Shown here: one piece after another, positions 27,249 to 36,886 of the stretch
How the letters are laid out: each line of letters starts with the position of its first letter
Position numbering within the stretch: the first letter of the stretch is position 1
NCBI RefSeq assembly: GCF_001194135.2
Contig: NC_068994.1
Coordinates: 6,968,374-7,032,373 of the forward strand
Direction of reading: 5' to 3'
Length of the DNA stretch: 64,000 bases
Source: Octopus bimaculoides
Lineage: Eukaryota
Position numbers and translations under genes: made by a program
Notes under the pieces: generated by a model
Seen by the model: only the letters and a program-made list of their open reading frames with translations
Told to the model about the DNA's origin: nothing
The model's database searches: none

Positions 27249-27448
27249 ACAAGCTACTTACCACACAGCCACTCCGGCACCTTTATGTTCTGAGTTCAAA
27301 TTCAGTTGAAGTTGACTTTGCCCTTACATTCTTTTCAGGTTGATTAATTAAGAACCACTGGAGCACTGAGACTGATGTAATCAACTTACCCCCCCTCCCC
27401 CGTAATTGCTGGCCTTGTGCCAAAATTTGAAATCACAATTTTTTTAGG

Positions 27449-27612
27449 CAACTAGTTAACTGATTGACCAATTAAGTAATGGATTGCTTGGTCAATCATT
27501 TGGTCACTCAGTCAGTAGGTTTGTCCGACCTTTTGCAACCTCGTCAATAATGAACCTTTGTCTGTCACACTCACAATCTCATTTGTTAATTGGTTAATTA
27601 CTTAACTAGTTG
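27449..27612. mobile_element. Small MITE-like element with 27-bp terminal inverted repeats
   Basis: CAACTAGTTAACTGATTGACCAATTAA (27449-27475) versus TTAATTGGTTAATTACTTAACTAGTTG (27586-27612), 24/27 complementary; a related right arm lies at ~30070-30108. Confidence 0.6.
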
Positions 27613-27672
27613 ATAACAAATACTACTGCTAATAATAATAATAATAATGATGATGATGATGATGATGATGAT

Positions 27673-27897
27673 AATGATGATCTTTTCTACCTTTGGCACA
27701 AGGCCTGAAATTTTGTGGGAAGGGGACTAGTCGATTATATTGACCCCAATATTCAACTGGTATTTATTTGACCGACCTTGAAAGGATGAAAGGTAAAGTC
27801 AACCTCAGCGGAATTTGAACTCAGAATGTAGAGATGGATGAAATGCCACTAAGCATTTTGCCGCCCTGTGTGCTAATGATTCTACTACCTCACTGCC

Positions 27898-27899
<2 letters not shown>
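27673..27899 (-). mobile_element. Full-length SINE family F copy flanked by AAT/GAT repeats on both sides
   Basis: Minus strand AAGGCAGTGAGGTAGTAGAATCATTAG head, GAGTTCAAATTCC B box, 3' end CAGGCCTTGTGCCAAAGGTAGAAAAGATCATCATT; (AAT)n at 27900-27937. Confidence 0.8.
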
Positions 27900-27940
<41 letters not shown>

Positions 27941-28125
27941 TAAATGAAAAGACGTGATATATAACCAGGGTGAGTGTGTTTTATTGGCAAAATGACCCTC
28001 CCAAAGTATAACGACATCTATTTGAATATACAGTTTTATATCAAGAATCATGCAAAACAAATATGTAAACGATATATTCTTTCGACTTAGCTGTCTGTGT
28101 TGCCAACCAACAAGGAGGATGTCTG

Positions 28126-28752
28126 GCTCTTTAGTATTTAAACCAACTTTGTCCAATCCATATATATATTCTACCTGCTTTATGTTCAAACTGGCCAGAT
28201 CCAGCCTCTCACACTAACCCCATAATGTCATTCTAAAAATAACAAATACATCATTGTAATTTCAAAGCTGTGAGATAATGTTTGATTAATTGCAAACTGT
28301 GAATAAAGAAGAATTTATATTTGACAAAATGTTGTTGGCACTCCGTCGCTTACGACGTCGAGGGTTCCAGTTGATCCGATCAACGGAACAGCCTGCTCGT
28401 GAAATTAACGTGCAAGTGGCTGAGCACTCCACAGACACGTGTACCCTTAACGTAGTTCTCGGGGATATTCAACGTGACACAGAGTGTGACAAGGCTTGAC
28501 CCTTTTGAATTACAGGCACAACAGAAACAGGAAGAAAGAGTGAGAGAAAGTTGTGGTGAAAGAGTACAGCAGGGTTCGCCACCAACCCCTGCCGGAGCCT
28601 CGTGGGGCTTTTGGTGTTTTCGCTCAATAAACACTCACAACGCCCGGTCTGGGAATTGAAACCGCGATCCTATGACCACGAGTCTGCTGCCCTAACCACT
28701 GGGCCATTGCGCCTCCACTCATTTGACAGAATAATCTGAATGTTAAAGGGGG
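28126..28752. mobile_element. Degraded piggyBac-type MITE (same family as 42410-42630) interrupted by a family C SINE
   Basis: CTCTTTAGTATTTAAACC...AAACTGGCCAGATCCAGCCTCTCACAC body to the left of the SINE and ATTTGACAGAATAATCTGAATGTTAAAGGG to the right. Confidence 0.65.
28331..28720 (-). mobile_element. Full-length tRNA-headed SINE family C with 12-bp TSD
   Basis: Minus strand GTGGAGGCGCAATGGCCCAGTGG (A box), GGTTTCAATTCC (B box), 3' end ...GACGGAGTGCCAACAAC. TSD ATTTGACAAAAT (28319-28330) / ATTTGACAGAAT (28721-28732). Confidence 0.9.
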
Positions 28753-29280
28753 TTAAAGGGCAGAACCTCAAGAGTCCCTTCTATCTTGTAGTCGTTGTTA
28801 CTCAGAGTAACTGTTGCGTAGGTGCATTACATTCGCTCAATTGTACTTTACATAATGTAAACCGCACTCAGCGTTTGTTGCAACATACATAATCAGATCA
28901 AGTGGATTAACAACAACAATAACAAAGCTGACATTCAAAGAAGTGAACCATCAACATGACTAATAACTGTAATACTCGGTAAATCAACAGGCCTTTATGT
29001 GGTCACTTAGCTTGCTAGAAATAGTAGCCAGATACCCCAGAAATCTCATCCTGCTGTCTTTAGCAAAATACATATTGGATAACGTGGTCCTGGATTCTTA
29101 ACATGGGATAAAGGCAAGATGGTCGTGGCTGGAATGCCTTTGATCACAGTTCAATTAGGACCTATATTTGAAAATATATAACACACATTTAATCCCCCAA
29201 AAATGTCTCAAAGAAAAAAGAAAATCACTCCAGGACTTATCTGTGAAGTTAGCCCTCCCATTCAAAAGTTGAAGTTTAAA

Positions 29281-29527
29281 GTTTCCTCCTCGGGTCATAC
29301 CGACTCATAAGGGTCAGTCTCCCGGTTTCAGTGGCGTATATATTCCCCACCTGAACAGGATGCCAGTCCGTCACAAGATAACTCGTTTTTGACAGGTGAG
29401 TGGACTGGAGCAACGTGAAATGAAGTGTTTTGCTCAAGAACACAACACGTCGCCCGGTCCAGAAATCGAAACCACAATCTTACGATCATGAGTCCAACAC
29501 TCTAACCACTAAGCCACGTGCCTCCAC
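29281..29527 (-). mobile_element. tRNA-headed CORE-type SINE (family B)
   Basis: Minus strand GTGGAGGCACGTGGCTTAGTGG, GGTTTCGATTTC, then GTGTTCTTGAGCAAAACACTTCATTTCACGTTGCTCCAG. Confidence 0.8.
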
Positions 29528-30139
29528 TGGGCCTCCCATTGGCTCATTTTGTCCTTGATGCTTACCTTTTTCCTGAATCTGCTCAGGTGAAATTGGGGTG
29601 CATCTAACATTGGCTTCGAAATTTGGCACAAGGCCAGCAATTTCAAGGGATGGTGAAGTAAGTCGATTACAGAAACCCCAAATGCTCAACAGGTACTTAT
29701 TTCATCAACCCCACAGAGATGAAAGGCAAAGCCGACCTTAGCGGAATTTGAACCTGGAACTATTACCAGCACTGCCAATGACAAAACCAAGAACAACATC
29801 AATAATGACACTCTACCACCTAAAACGATGGAACGACACACTAGGTAATGCAGTTCTGGATACACAATGCCTGAAATACAAAAAAAAAAACAGGATGGTC
29901 ATGGCTGGAACGCTTTTGGTTATAGGTCTGTCCAAACACAACTGACTAGGGACTTGCCTGTTTTATTTTATTTTATTTTATATCTTACTTTTCCATCTTT
30001 CTACACTTATACTCCACTCAGTTGAGGGGGAAGGGGATTTTGTCTCGCAAGTACTTGATGACCTCACTAATGCTCATTTGTTAATTGGTTAATTAGTTAA
30101 CTAGTTCAGTAGTAGTAATAATAACAGCAACAACAATCA

Positions 30140-30345
30140 TCATCATCATCATCATTTAACATCCGCTTTCTATGCTAGCATGGGTTGGACGATTTGACTG
30201 GGGACTGGCGAACTAGAAGGCTACACCAGACTCTAATCTGATCTGGCAGAGTTTCTACAGCTGGATGCCCTTCCTAATGCCAACCACTCCAAGAGTGTAG
30301 TGGGTGCTTTTTACGTGCCACTGGCACGAGGGCCAGTCCAGCAGT
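30140..30345 (-). mobile_element. SINE family E, 3' portion
   Basis: (CAT)n-TTAACATCCGCTTTCTATGCTAGCATGGGTTGGACG...CTGGATGCCCTTCCTAATGCCAACCACTCC. Confidence 0.75.
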
Positions 30346-30380
30346 ACTAACAATAACAATAATAATAATAATAATAATAA

Positions 30381-30900
30381 CTGGAACTTCCCAATACAGA
30401 CAGAAAAATTGATTCCAATCGACCAGACATTGTGATCAAGGACTACAACAGAGGAACTTGTCTGTTAATAGATATGTCTGTCCCACAAGGTCAAAATGTC
30501 TCAGGAAAGGAAAACGAAAAGGTTTCTCACTATAAAGATCTGCAAATTGAAATCTCAAAAATGTGAAAGCTTAGTACTATGATAATACCAGTGGTATTTG
30601 GTGCGTTGGGAATGATAAAGAAGGGAGCTGAGAAGTATATTGAGCAACTCCCTGGTAACTCCAATCTCCGTGAACTACAGAAGACAACCTTGATGGGTAC
30701 AGCCCATNNNNNNNNNNGACAACCTTGATGGGTACAGCCCATGTACTACAGAAAGCGCTCTCCATCTAAAATGGTATAAATGTGGTGATCATTTTAGCAT
30801 GCATAGCAAAACAAAAGAGCCCTTGCTATTCTTAGCCTCTGGAGGATGCCAGGTACTAAAAGGCAGCTGATATAAAGTTCTAATGAAAAGAAACTATAAA
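30381..30900 (+). mobile_element. 5'-truncated R4/Dong-clade non-LTR retrotransposon: restriction-like endonuclease domain plus 3' UTR, between (TAA)n tracts
   Basis: Translation with one 4-bp frameshift and one stop: WNFPIQT-IDSNRPDIVIKDYNRGTCLLIDMSVPQGQNVSGKENEKVSHYKDLQIEISKM*KLSTMIIPVVFGALGMIKKG...QKTTLMGTAHVLQKALSI*; RPD..ID..K is the PD-(D/E)xK core. (AAT)n at 30350-30380 and 30901-30913. Confidence 0.85.
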
Positions 30901-30913
30901 TAATAATAATAAT

Positions 30914-31140
30914 TATACACAAACATGCACCACCCAAAAGCAGAGGTTGATCGTCTGTACATACCTAGAAGTAGTGGGGGAAAGGAATGATGCAGGTAAA
31001 ACTGTGCTATAAGACCTCCACAATAGCAATGAACAGGTACTTGTCTAGTACAGACAAATGGATACTGCGGCTTGTGTGCAAATACGAAAGCAGCAAAAAA
31101 ATCACATTCTATTGTCAGAGAAGCTTTCAAATCCAAGTGG
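30914..31140 (+). mobile_element. Second R4/Dong-clade fragment (region just after the RT domain)
   Basis: LYTNMHHPKAEVDRLYIPRSSGG-(frameshift)-GMMQVKLCYKTSTIAMNRYLSSTDKWILRLV; HPKA.VDRLY.PR..GG.G is typical of the post-RT/thumb region of RLE-type LINEs. Starts directly after (TAA)n. Confidence 0.75.
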
Positions 31141-32172
31141 TAGTGGAACAGACACAAATACACACAAACAAACAAACACATATACCTATATAAGACAGGC
31201 TTCAACAGAGTTTCTTAATTCTTCATTGCTCACAAGGGGCTAAACATAGAGAGGACAAACAAGGACAGACAAAGGGATTAAGTTGATTATATCGACCCCA
31301 GTGCGTAACTGGTACTTAATTTATCGATCCCGAAAGGACGAAAGTCAAAGTTGACCTCGGCAGAATTTGAACTCAGAACGTAACAGCAGACGAAATACCG
31401 CTAAGCATTTCGCCCGGCATGCTAATGTTTCTGCCAGCTCGCCGCCTTTTACACAGTTTCTGTCTACCAGATTCACTCACAAGGCATTGCTTGGCTTGGG
31501 ACTATTGTCAAAGACTCTTGCCCAAGTTGCTTTTGCAATGGAATTGAACCCAAAACCACATGGTTTCAAAGCACACTGCTTAACCACAGAGTCATGCCTC
31601 CACCTACATATATTAGTTTTCACACAGTTTCTGTCAATTAAATTTCATTCACAGGAATAAGATCAAGACAAGGCTACAGCAGAAGACACTTGTCCATGGC
31701 AGACTGCAGAGGAATTGAACCTGCAGCCACCTGATTGAAGAACCAAACGTCTTAACCACATTCCTACGGCCTGCAAATGTTTTGTGCAGCATTCTCTATT
31801 AATTTTACCATCTGTCTCCCTGAATAATTACAACAGTCACAACAACAACAACAATAATAATAATAATAATAATAATCTAACAATAATAAACAAAATAAAG
31901 GCCAAGTCTTTAAGAAGCAATTAGTGTTTATGAGATTAATCTAAATGCCACTGTAGTTGTGGAAGATTAATGAAGGTGAGAAAAACTGACATTCATTAAT
32001 TGTGTATGTGCACGTGGTGCATATGGGCTGTGTGTGTGTGTGTGAGTGAGTATAGTATGTGCTGTGTGTGTGGGGGTGGGTGGGTGTAATGTTAACCGTT
32101 TCCTCCAGCTTTTATCAAAACTGATGGTATGAATACTTTAAATAATTTTTCACTAATGAGAACATGAACTCT

Positions 32173-32211
<39 letters not shown>

Positions 32212-33098
32212 ACACACACATGATGGTTGCAACTTGATTTTGAGTTAAGCCATCACTTAATCATTCTTTTAAACATCAGCAACATGGATGTGGATTTTTT
32301 CCAGTCCTGCTCGGGACTTACCCTCTTTTATCACAAATGCAGCAGTGATGGGCACCTCTTACAGTAGGTGCTACAATAATGTTTCTGGTAAACTTTTATG
32401 AGAAATTTCGGTCCACTTCCCCATGAACATTCTTTTCTACACCCCCTGCATATTTCCCTATGGCTGGACATGTTTATATAGTAAACAGGAAGCAAATGAC
32501 ATTATGTGTATGAGAATAACATACTATATAATTGTTTGATGTCAAGACAAGGATACACATACACACACATAGATATATGTATGTATATACATACACATAT
32601 ATATGCATGCACACACACACACATATAAATAATGTGTTACCACACAGTTTCCATCAACCGAATTCACTCACAAGGCATTGGTTTGCCCAGGGCTATAGTA
32701 CAAGACATTTGCTCAAGATGTGATGGAGAGGAATTGAAACCAAGACTTGATTACAAAGAGAACTTCTTGGCTATTTAACTCTCAGGTCTGAGGATAACCT
32801 CCATTCTTTTCTTCCTTTGCCATTATTCACACACACACACACACTCATATGAGTGTGTGTGTGGGGGGAACTGCAAATATATATATATATATAATATAAT
32901 ATAGGATAAATTCTTTATAAGAATTTATCAAGTAGTCAGCGTGAAAAAACCTCGACTTATTTAGTCCCTCGATAGCGTGAGGCATTAATACACAGTTAAT
33001 GCCCTTTATATATATTTAAATATATTTATATATATATATTTCGTTTTTGGATTTGGTTTGCAAAATTTTTTATGTGATTTCGTGTGTTGAAGCATATT

Positions 33099-33355
33099 CT
33101 GTTGTGTCTGAGGAGAGTCATTTTCTTATTGTGCCTTAAAATTTAACACACTCACCGGTAAAATTTCCACTTATTTCTTATTTTTATCTTCCTAAAATTT
33201 TCGTTGCGTCTTGCAACCTTTTCAATAGTCTTGACTCTTGCAAGACGTAACGAAAATTTTAGGAAAATAAAAATAAGAAATAAGTGGAAATTTTACCGGT
33301 GAGTGTGTTAAATTTTAAGGCACAATAAGAAAATGACTCTCCCCAGACACAACAG
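33099..33355. repeat. Near-perfect 257-bp palindrome (118-bp arms, 21-nt spacer)
   Basis: 33099-33216 is the reverse complement of 33238-33355 with 3 mismatches. Confidence 0.95.
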
Positions 33356-33390
<35 letters not shown>

Positions 33391-33633
33391 ATGTATATAT
33401 GCAGACATACATGCATGTGCTCCCATACTCGAAGATGTGCATACTCACACATGTACACATATGCATGCACACACACATCCACACAAGACCGGTCGCTATC
33501 CAGCTATTTAGTGTCTGAAGCTAAACATTCATCCCAACCCATGAAACATTTAACCAACCAACCAACCAAACAACCTGTTGCGTCAACCTGTTTATTGTGG
33601 TAAACCTAACATTTGGATAAAGTAACTGGGGTT

Positions 33634-33664
33634 GGGTTAGGGTTAGGGTTAGGGTTAGGGTTAG
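33634..33664 (+). repeat. Short interstitial telomere-like (TTAGGG)n
   Basis: GGG(TTAGGG)4TTAG. Confidence 0.85.
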
Positions 33665-33829
33665 CAGGAAGTGTTTCAGCCAGACCAAAAGATAAACTGG
33701 CCGTGAGGGGATGGACGGAGAGAGATCTGTGAGTGTTTGGTGGTAATGGTGATGGTGGAGGTGGTGGTGGTGGTGGTGGTGGCATGGACTGTGGTCATGG
33801 TAGTTTGAAAGGAGGAGTAAGGAGGCAGT

Positions 33830-34560
33830 GGTAGTGACAGACAGAGAAAGAGTGCAAGAGAAATAGAGAGAGGGGGATTGGGAGAAGGGGAGAAAGGAGA
33901 GTGAGGGAGAGAGAGAAACAAAAAAGGAGAGAGAGAGAGAGAGAAAGAAAGATAGACAGAAAAAGAGAGACAAACAGAGAAATAGAGAGCGGGGGGATTG
34001 AGAGAAGGGATTGGGAGAAGGAGGAGAGATAGAGAGAAAGGAGAGTGAGGGAGAGAGGGAAACAAAAAGGAAGAGAAAGATAGATAGACAGAAGAGAGAC
34101 AAACAGAAAGAGAGATAGATAGGCAGAAAGACTGGGAGAGAGAGAAAGAGAAATAAAGATAAATAGACAGAGAAAGAGAGAGAGAGAGAGACAGACAGAG
34201 AAAGAATGAGATAATGATGAAGAGAGAAAAACAGAGAGAGGCAAAAACAAGGAGAAAGCAAATGAGAGAGAGAGAGAGATAAGAAGAAAGAGAGAAAAAT
34301 AAATATAAGAAACAAGTGAGAAAGGAGACGTAACTGAGAGAGAAAGGCGGGAGACAGAGCGGAAAAGAAAGAAAGAGAACATGAGAGGTAGAGAGAGAGA
34401 GAGAGGAAAAGAAAGAAAGAGAATGTGAGAGGAAAAGAGAGAGAGAGAGGAAAAGAAAGAAAGAGAACATGAGAGGTAGAGAGAAAAAGAGAGAGAATAA
34501 ATGAAAAAACGGAAATAGGAAATATGGGAAAACTAACGAGAAACAATAAATATTGCCAGA
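33830..34560. repeat. Long GA-rich polypurine tract with internal duplicated blocks
   Basis: About 730 bp that is almost entirely A/G on the + strand; source of the F/L/S-rich minus-strand ORFs 33521-34623. Similar tracts at ~37545-37900 and ~38180-38680. Confidence 0.9.
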
Positions 34561-36077
34561 AGAAGAAAAGAAAAAAGAAAATGCCAAAAAAAAAAGTTTA
34601 AAAAAAACCCCAAAAAAGAACATGAGTAAAAATCAAAACCAATGTTTTTTGTCGGCCAACTTCCCACAACCAGTATCNNNNNNNNNNNNNNNNNNNNNNN
34701 NNNNNNNNNNNNNNNNNNNNNNNNNNNNNNNNNNNNNNNNNNNNNNNNNNNNNNNNNNNNNNNNNNNNNNNNNNNNNNNNNNNNNNNNNNNNNNNNNNNN
34801 NNNNNNNNNNNNNNNNNNNNNNNNNNNNNNNNNNNNNNNNNNNNNNNNNNNNNNNNNNNNNNNNNNNNNNNNNNNNNNNNNNNNNNNNNNNNNNNNNNNN
34901 NNNNNNNNNNNNNNNNNNNNNNNNNNNNNNNNNNNNNNNNNNNNNNNNNNNNNNNNNNNNNNNNNNNNNNNNNNNNNNNNNNNNNNNNNNNNNNNNNNNN
35001 NNNNNNNNNNNNNNNNNNNNNNNNNNNNNNNNNNNNNNNNNNNNNNNNNNNNNNNNNNNNNNNNNNNNNNNNNNNNNNNNNNNNNNNNNNNNNNNNNNNN
35101 NNNNNNNNNNNNNNNNNNNNNNNNNNNNNNNNNNNNNNNNNNNNAAGTTGCAGGCATGGCTGTGTGGTTAGGAAGCTTGCTTTTCAATGCCATGCCGTTT
35201 CAGTTTCAATCCTACTGCATGGCACATTGGGCAAGTGTCTTCTACTATAGCCCCAGGGTCAATCAACATCTTGTGAGTAAATTTGGTAGATGGAAATTGT
35301 ACAGAAACCCATCACATGCTTGTGTGTGTGCATACTAGCACTTGTGTGTTTGTGTCTGTGTTTATTATCCTACCCCCCCCCCAGTAGGATGTGGGACGTG
35401 CGTAAACATCACAGCAGCTCAAATGATCTCAATGTGAGGACATACAAACACACATCTATGCACACACATATCTATGCTTCCCAACTACATGGTTCCGGGT
35501 TCAGTCCCACTGTCTGGCACCCTGGGCAAGTGTCTTCTACTGTAGACCTAGGCTGACTGAAGCTTGTGAGTGGATTTGGTAGACGGAAACTGAAAGAAAC
35601 CCAATGTGTGTGTGTGTGTGTGTGTGTCCTACCACTGCTTGACAACCAGTGTTGGTTTGTTTATATCTGTGTAACTTGCAGTTCGGCAAAAGAAACTGAC
35701 AGTGTAAGTACCAGGCTTTAAAAAAATAGTAATTGTGTCGATACGTCCAATAACCGCACCAACTAAAAGACAAACACACACACACACAATGCTTCTGTAC
35801 ATTTCATTCTACCAAATTCACTCACAAAACAGAGGTCAATTTGAGACTATAGAAGACACTTGCCCAAGGTACCACACGGTGGAACTGAACCCTAAAGCCA
35901 TGTGATCACAAAACAAACACCTTACCCACACAGCCATACTTATGCCTATACTTTCATAATAAATCAGTGAAGGAGTTTGAACATTAGTGGTTCACAAACA
36001 TTTTTTTAACCATGGTCCCCTTTCATTACTATTTTATTCTGGTGGACCCCCCCTCCCCATAGACATCCAATGTTTAA

Positions 36078-36298
36078 TCCTTTAGCATTTAAACTGACTA
36101 TATCTGGCCAAAATAGTCTACCTGATTTAGGTTTAAACCAGCCTGATCTGGCCTCTCGCACCTACTCTACAATGTCATTCTAAAAATAAACAATCACATC
36201 ATCAAAATCTCAAAGCTCTGAGATTAATTCATGATTAATTGAAAAAAATATGAATAAATAAGCATTACATTTAACGAAATAATTTGAATGCGAAAGAG
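36078..36298. mobile_element. piggyBac-type MITE (221 bp) with TTAA TSD, nested in an older MITE-like element
   Basis: TTAA (36074-36077) TCCTTTAGCATTT...AATGCGAAAGAG TTAA (36299-36302). The flanks rejoin to ...ATGTTTAAAAACTAGTTTTATA, matching the uninterrupted related copy ...ATGTTTAGAAACTAGTTTTATA at ~49785-49806. Confidence 0.8.
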
Positions 36299-36477
36299 TT
36301 AAAAACTAGTTTTATAAATACATCTTTCAAAATTCCTATTTTGTTTTTCACATATTCACTTGTGTCGGTTTGCAATAGAACTCTCTGAGAGGACATGTTT
36401 CAGTGGTTGGAAGCATGTTAAACCATGTAAAATGTTACAGAAAGAAACCTAACTGTTTCTTGCAATACATCGTCATC

Positions 36478-36886
36478 GTCATCATCATCATTTAACGTCC
36501 ATTGCTCATGCTGGCATGGGTTGGATGGTGTGACCAAGGCTGGCATGCTGGAAGGCTGCACCAGACTCTAGTCCGATTTGCTATGATTTTCTACGGTCGG
36601 ATGCCCTTCCTAACACCAACCACTCCAAGAGTGTAATGGGTGCTTTTATATGCCACTGGCATGGGTGCCGCGACTGCAATTTTGCTCAGCTTGATGGGCC
36701 TTCTTCTCAAGCACAACATAATGCCAAAGATCTCGGTCATTGCCTCTATAAGGCCTAATACTTGAAAGGAACTCAGCCACTTTGCCTCTGTGAGGCCCAA
36801 CACTGAAAAGGAACTCAACCACTTTTTCTCTGTGAGGCCCAACACTCGAAAGAAACTCAACCACTTTGCTTCCATGGGGCCCAACA
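36478..36886 (-). mobile_element. SINE family E copy containing ~3.5 tandem 40-bp units
   Basis: Family E tail at 36478-36530; GCCTCTGTGAGGCCCAACACT-GAAAGGAACTCA-CCACTTT units at ~36741-36885. Confidence 0.75.

Noticed and set aside
30683-30742. Exact 25-bp direct repeat in the R4/Dong ORF
   Set aside because: It flanks a 10-N gap, and the reading frame is continuous when one copy is removed; assembly artefact.
33195-33235. Minus-strand TTGAAAAG-GTTGC(AAGAC)GCAAC-GAAA as a fourth hammerhead
   Set aside because: The core needs two or more changes, and no stem I or stem III/NUH can be formed.
33521-34623. Long minus-strand ORFs of 341, 315 and 195 aa
   Set aside because: F/L/S-only translations of a GA-rich tract that lacks stops by composition; no domain or splice evidence.
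36741-36885. Regularly spaced 40-bp repeats (also 25-bp at 44931-45015 and 26-bp at 51966-52043) as a CRISPR-like array
   Set aside because: Contiguous tandem units without unique spacers, in eukaryotic repeat context, with no cas genes.
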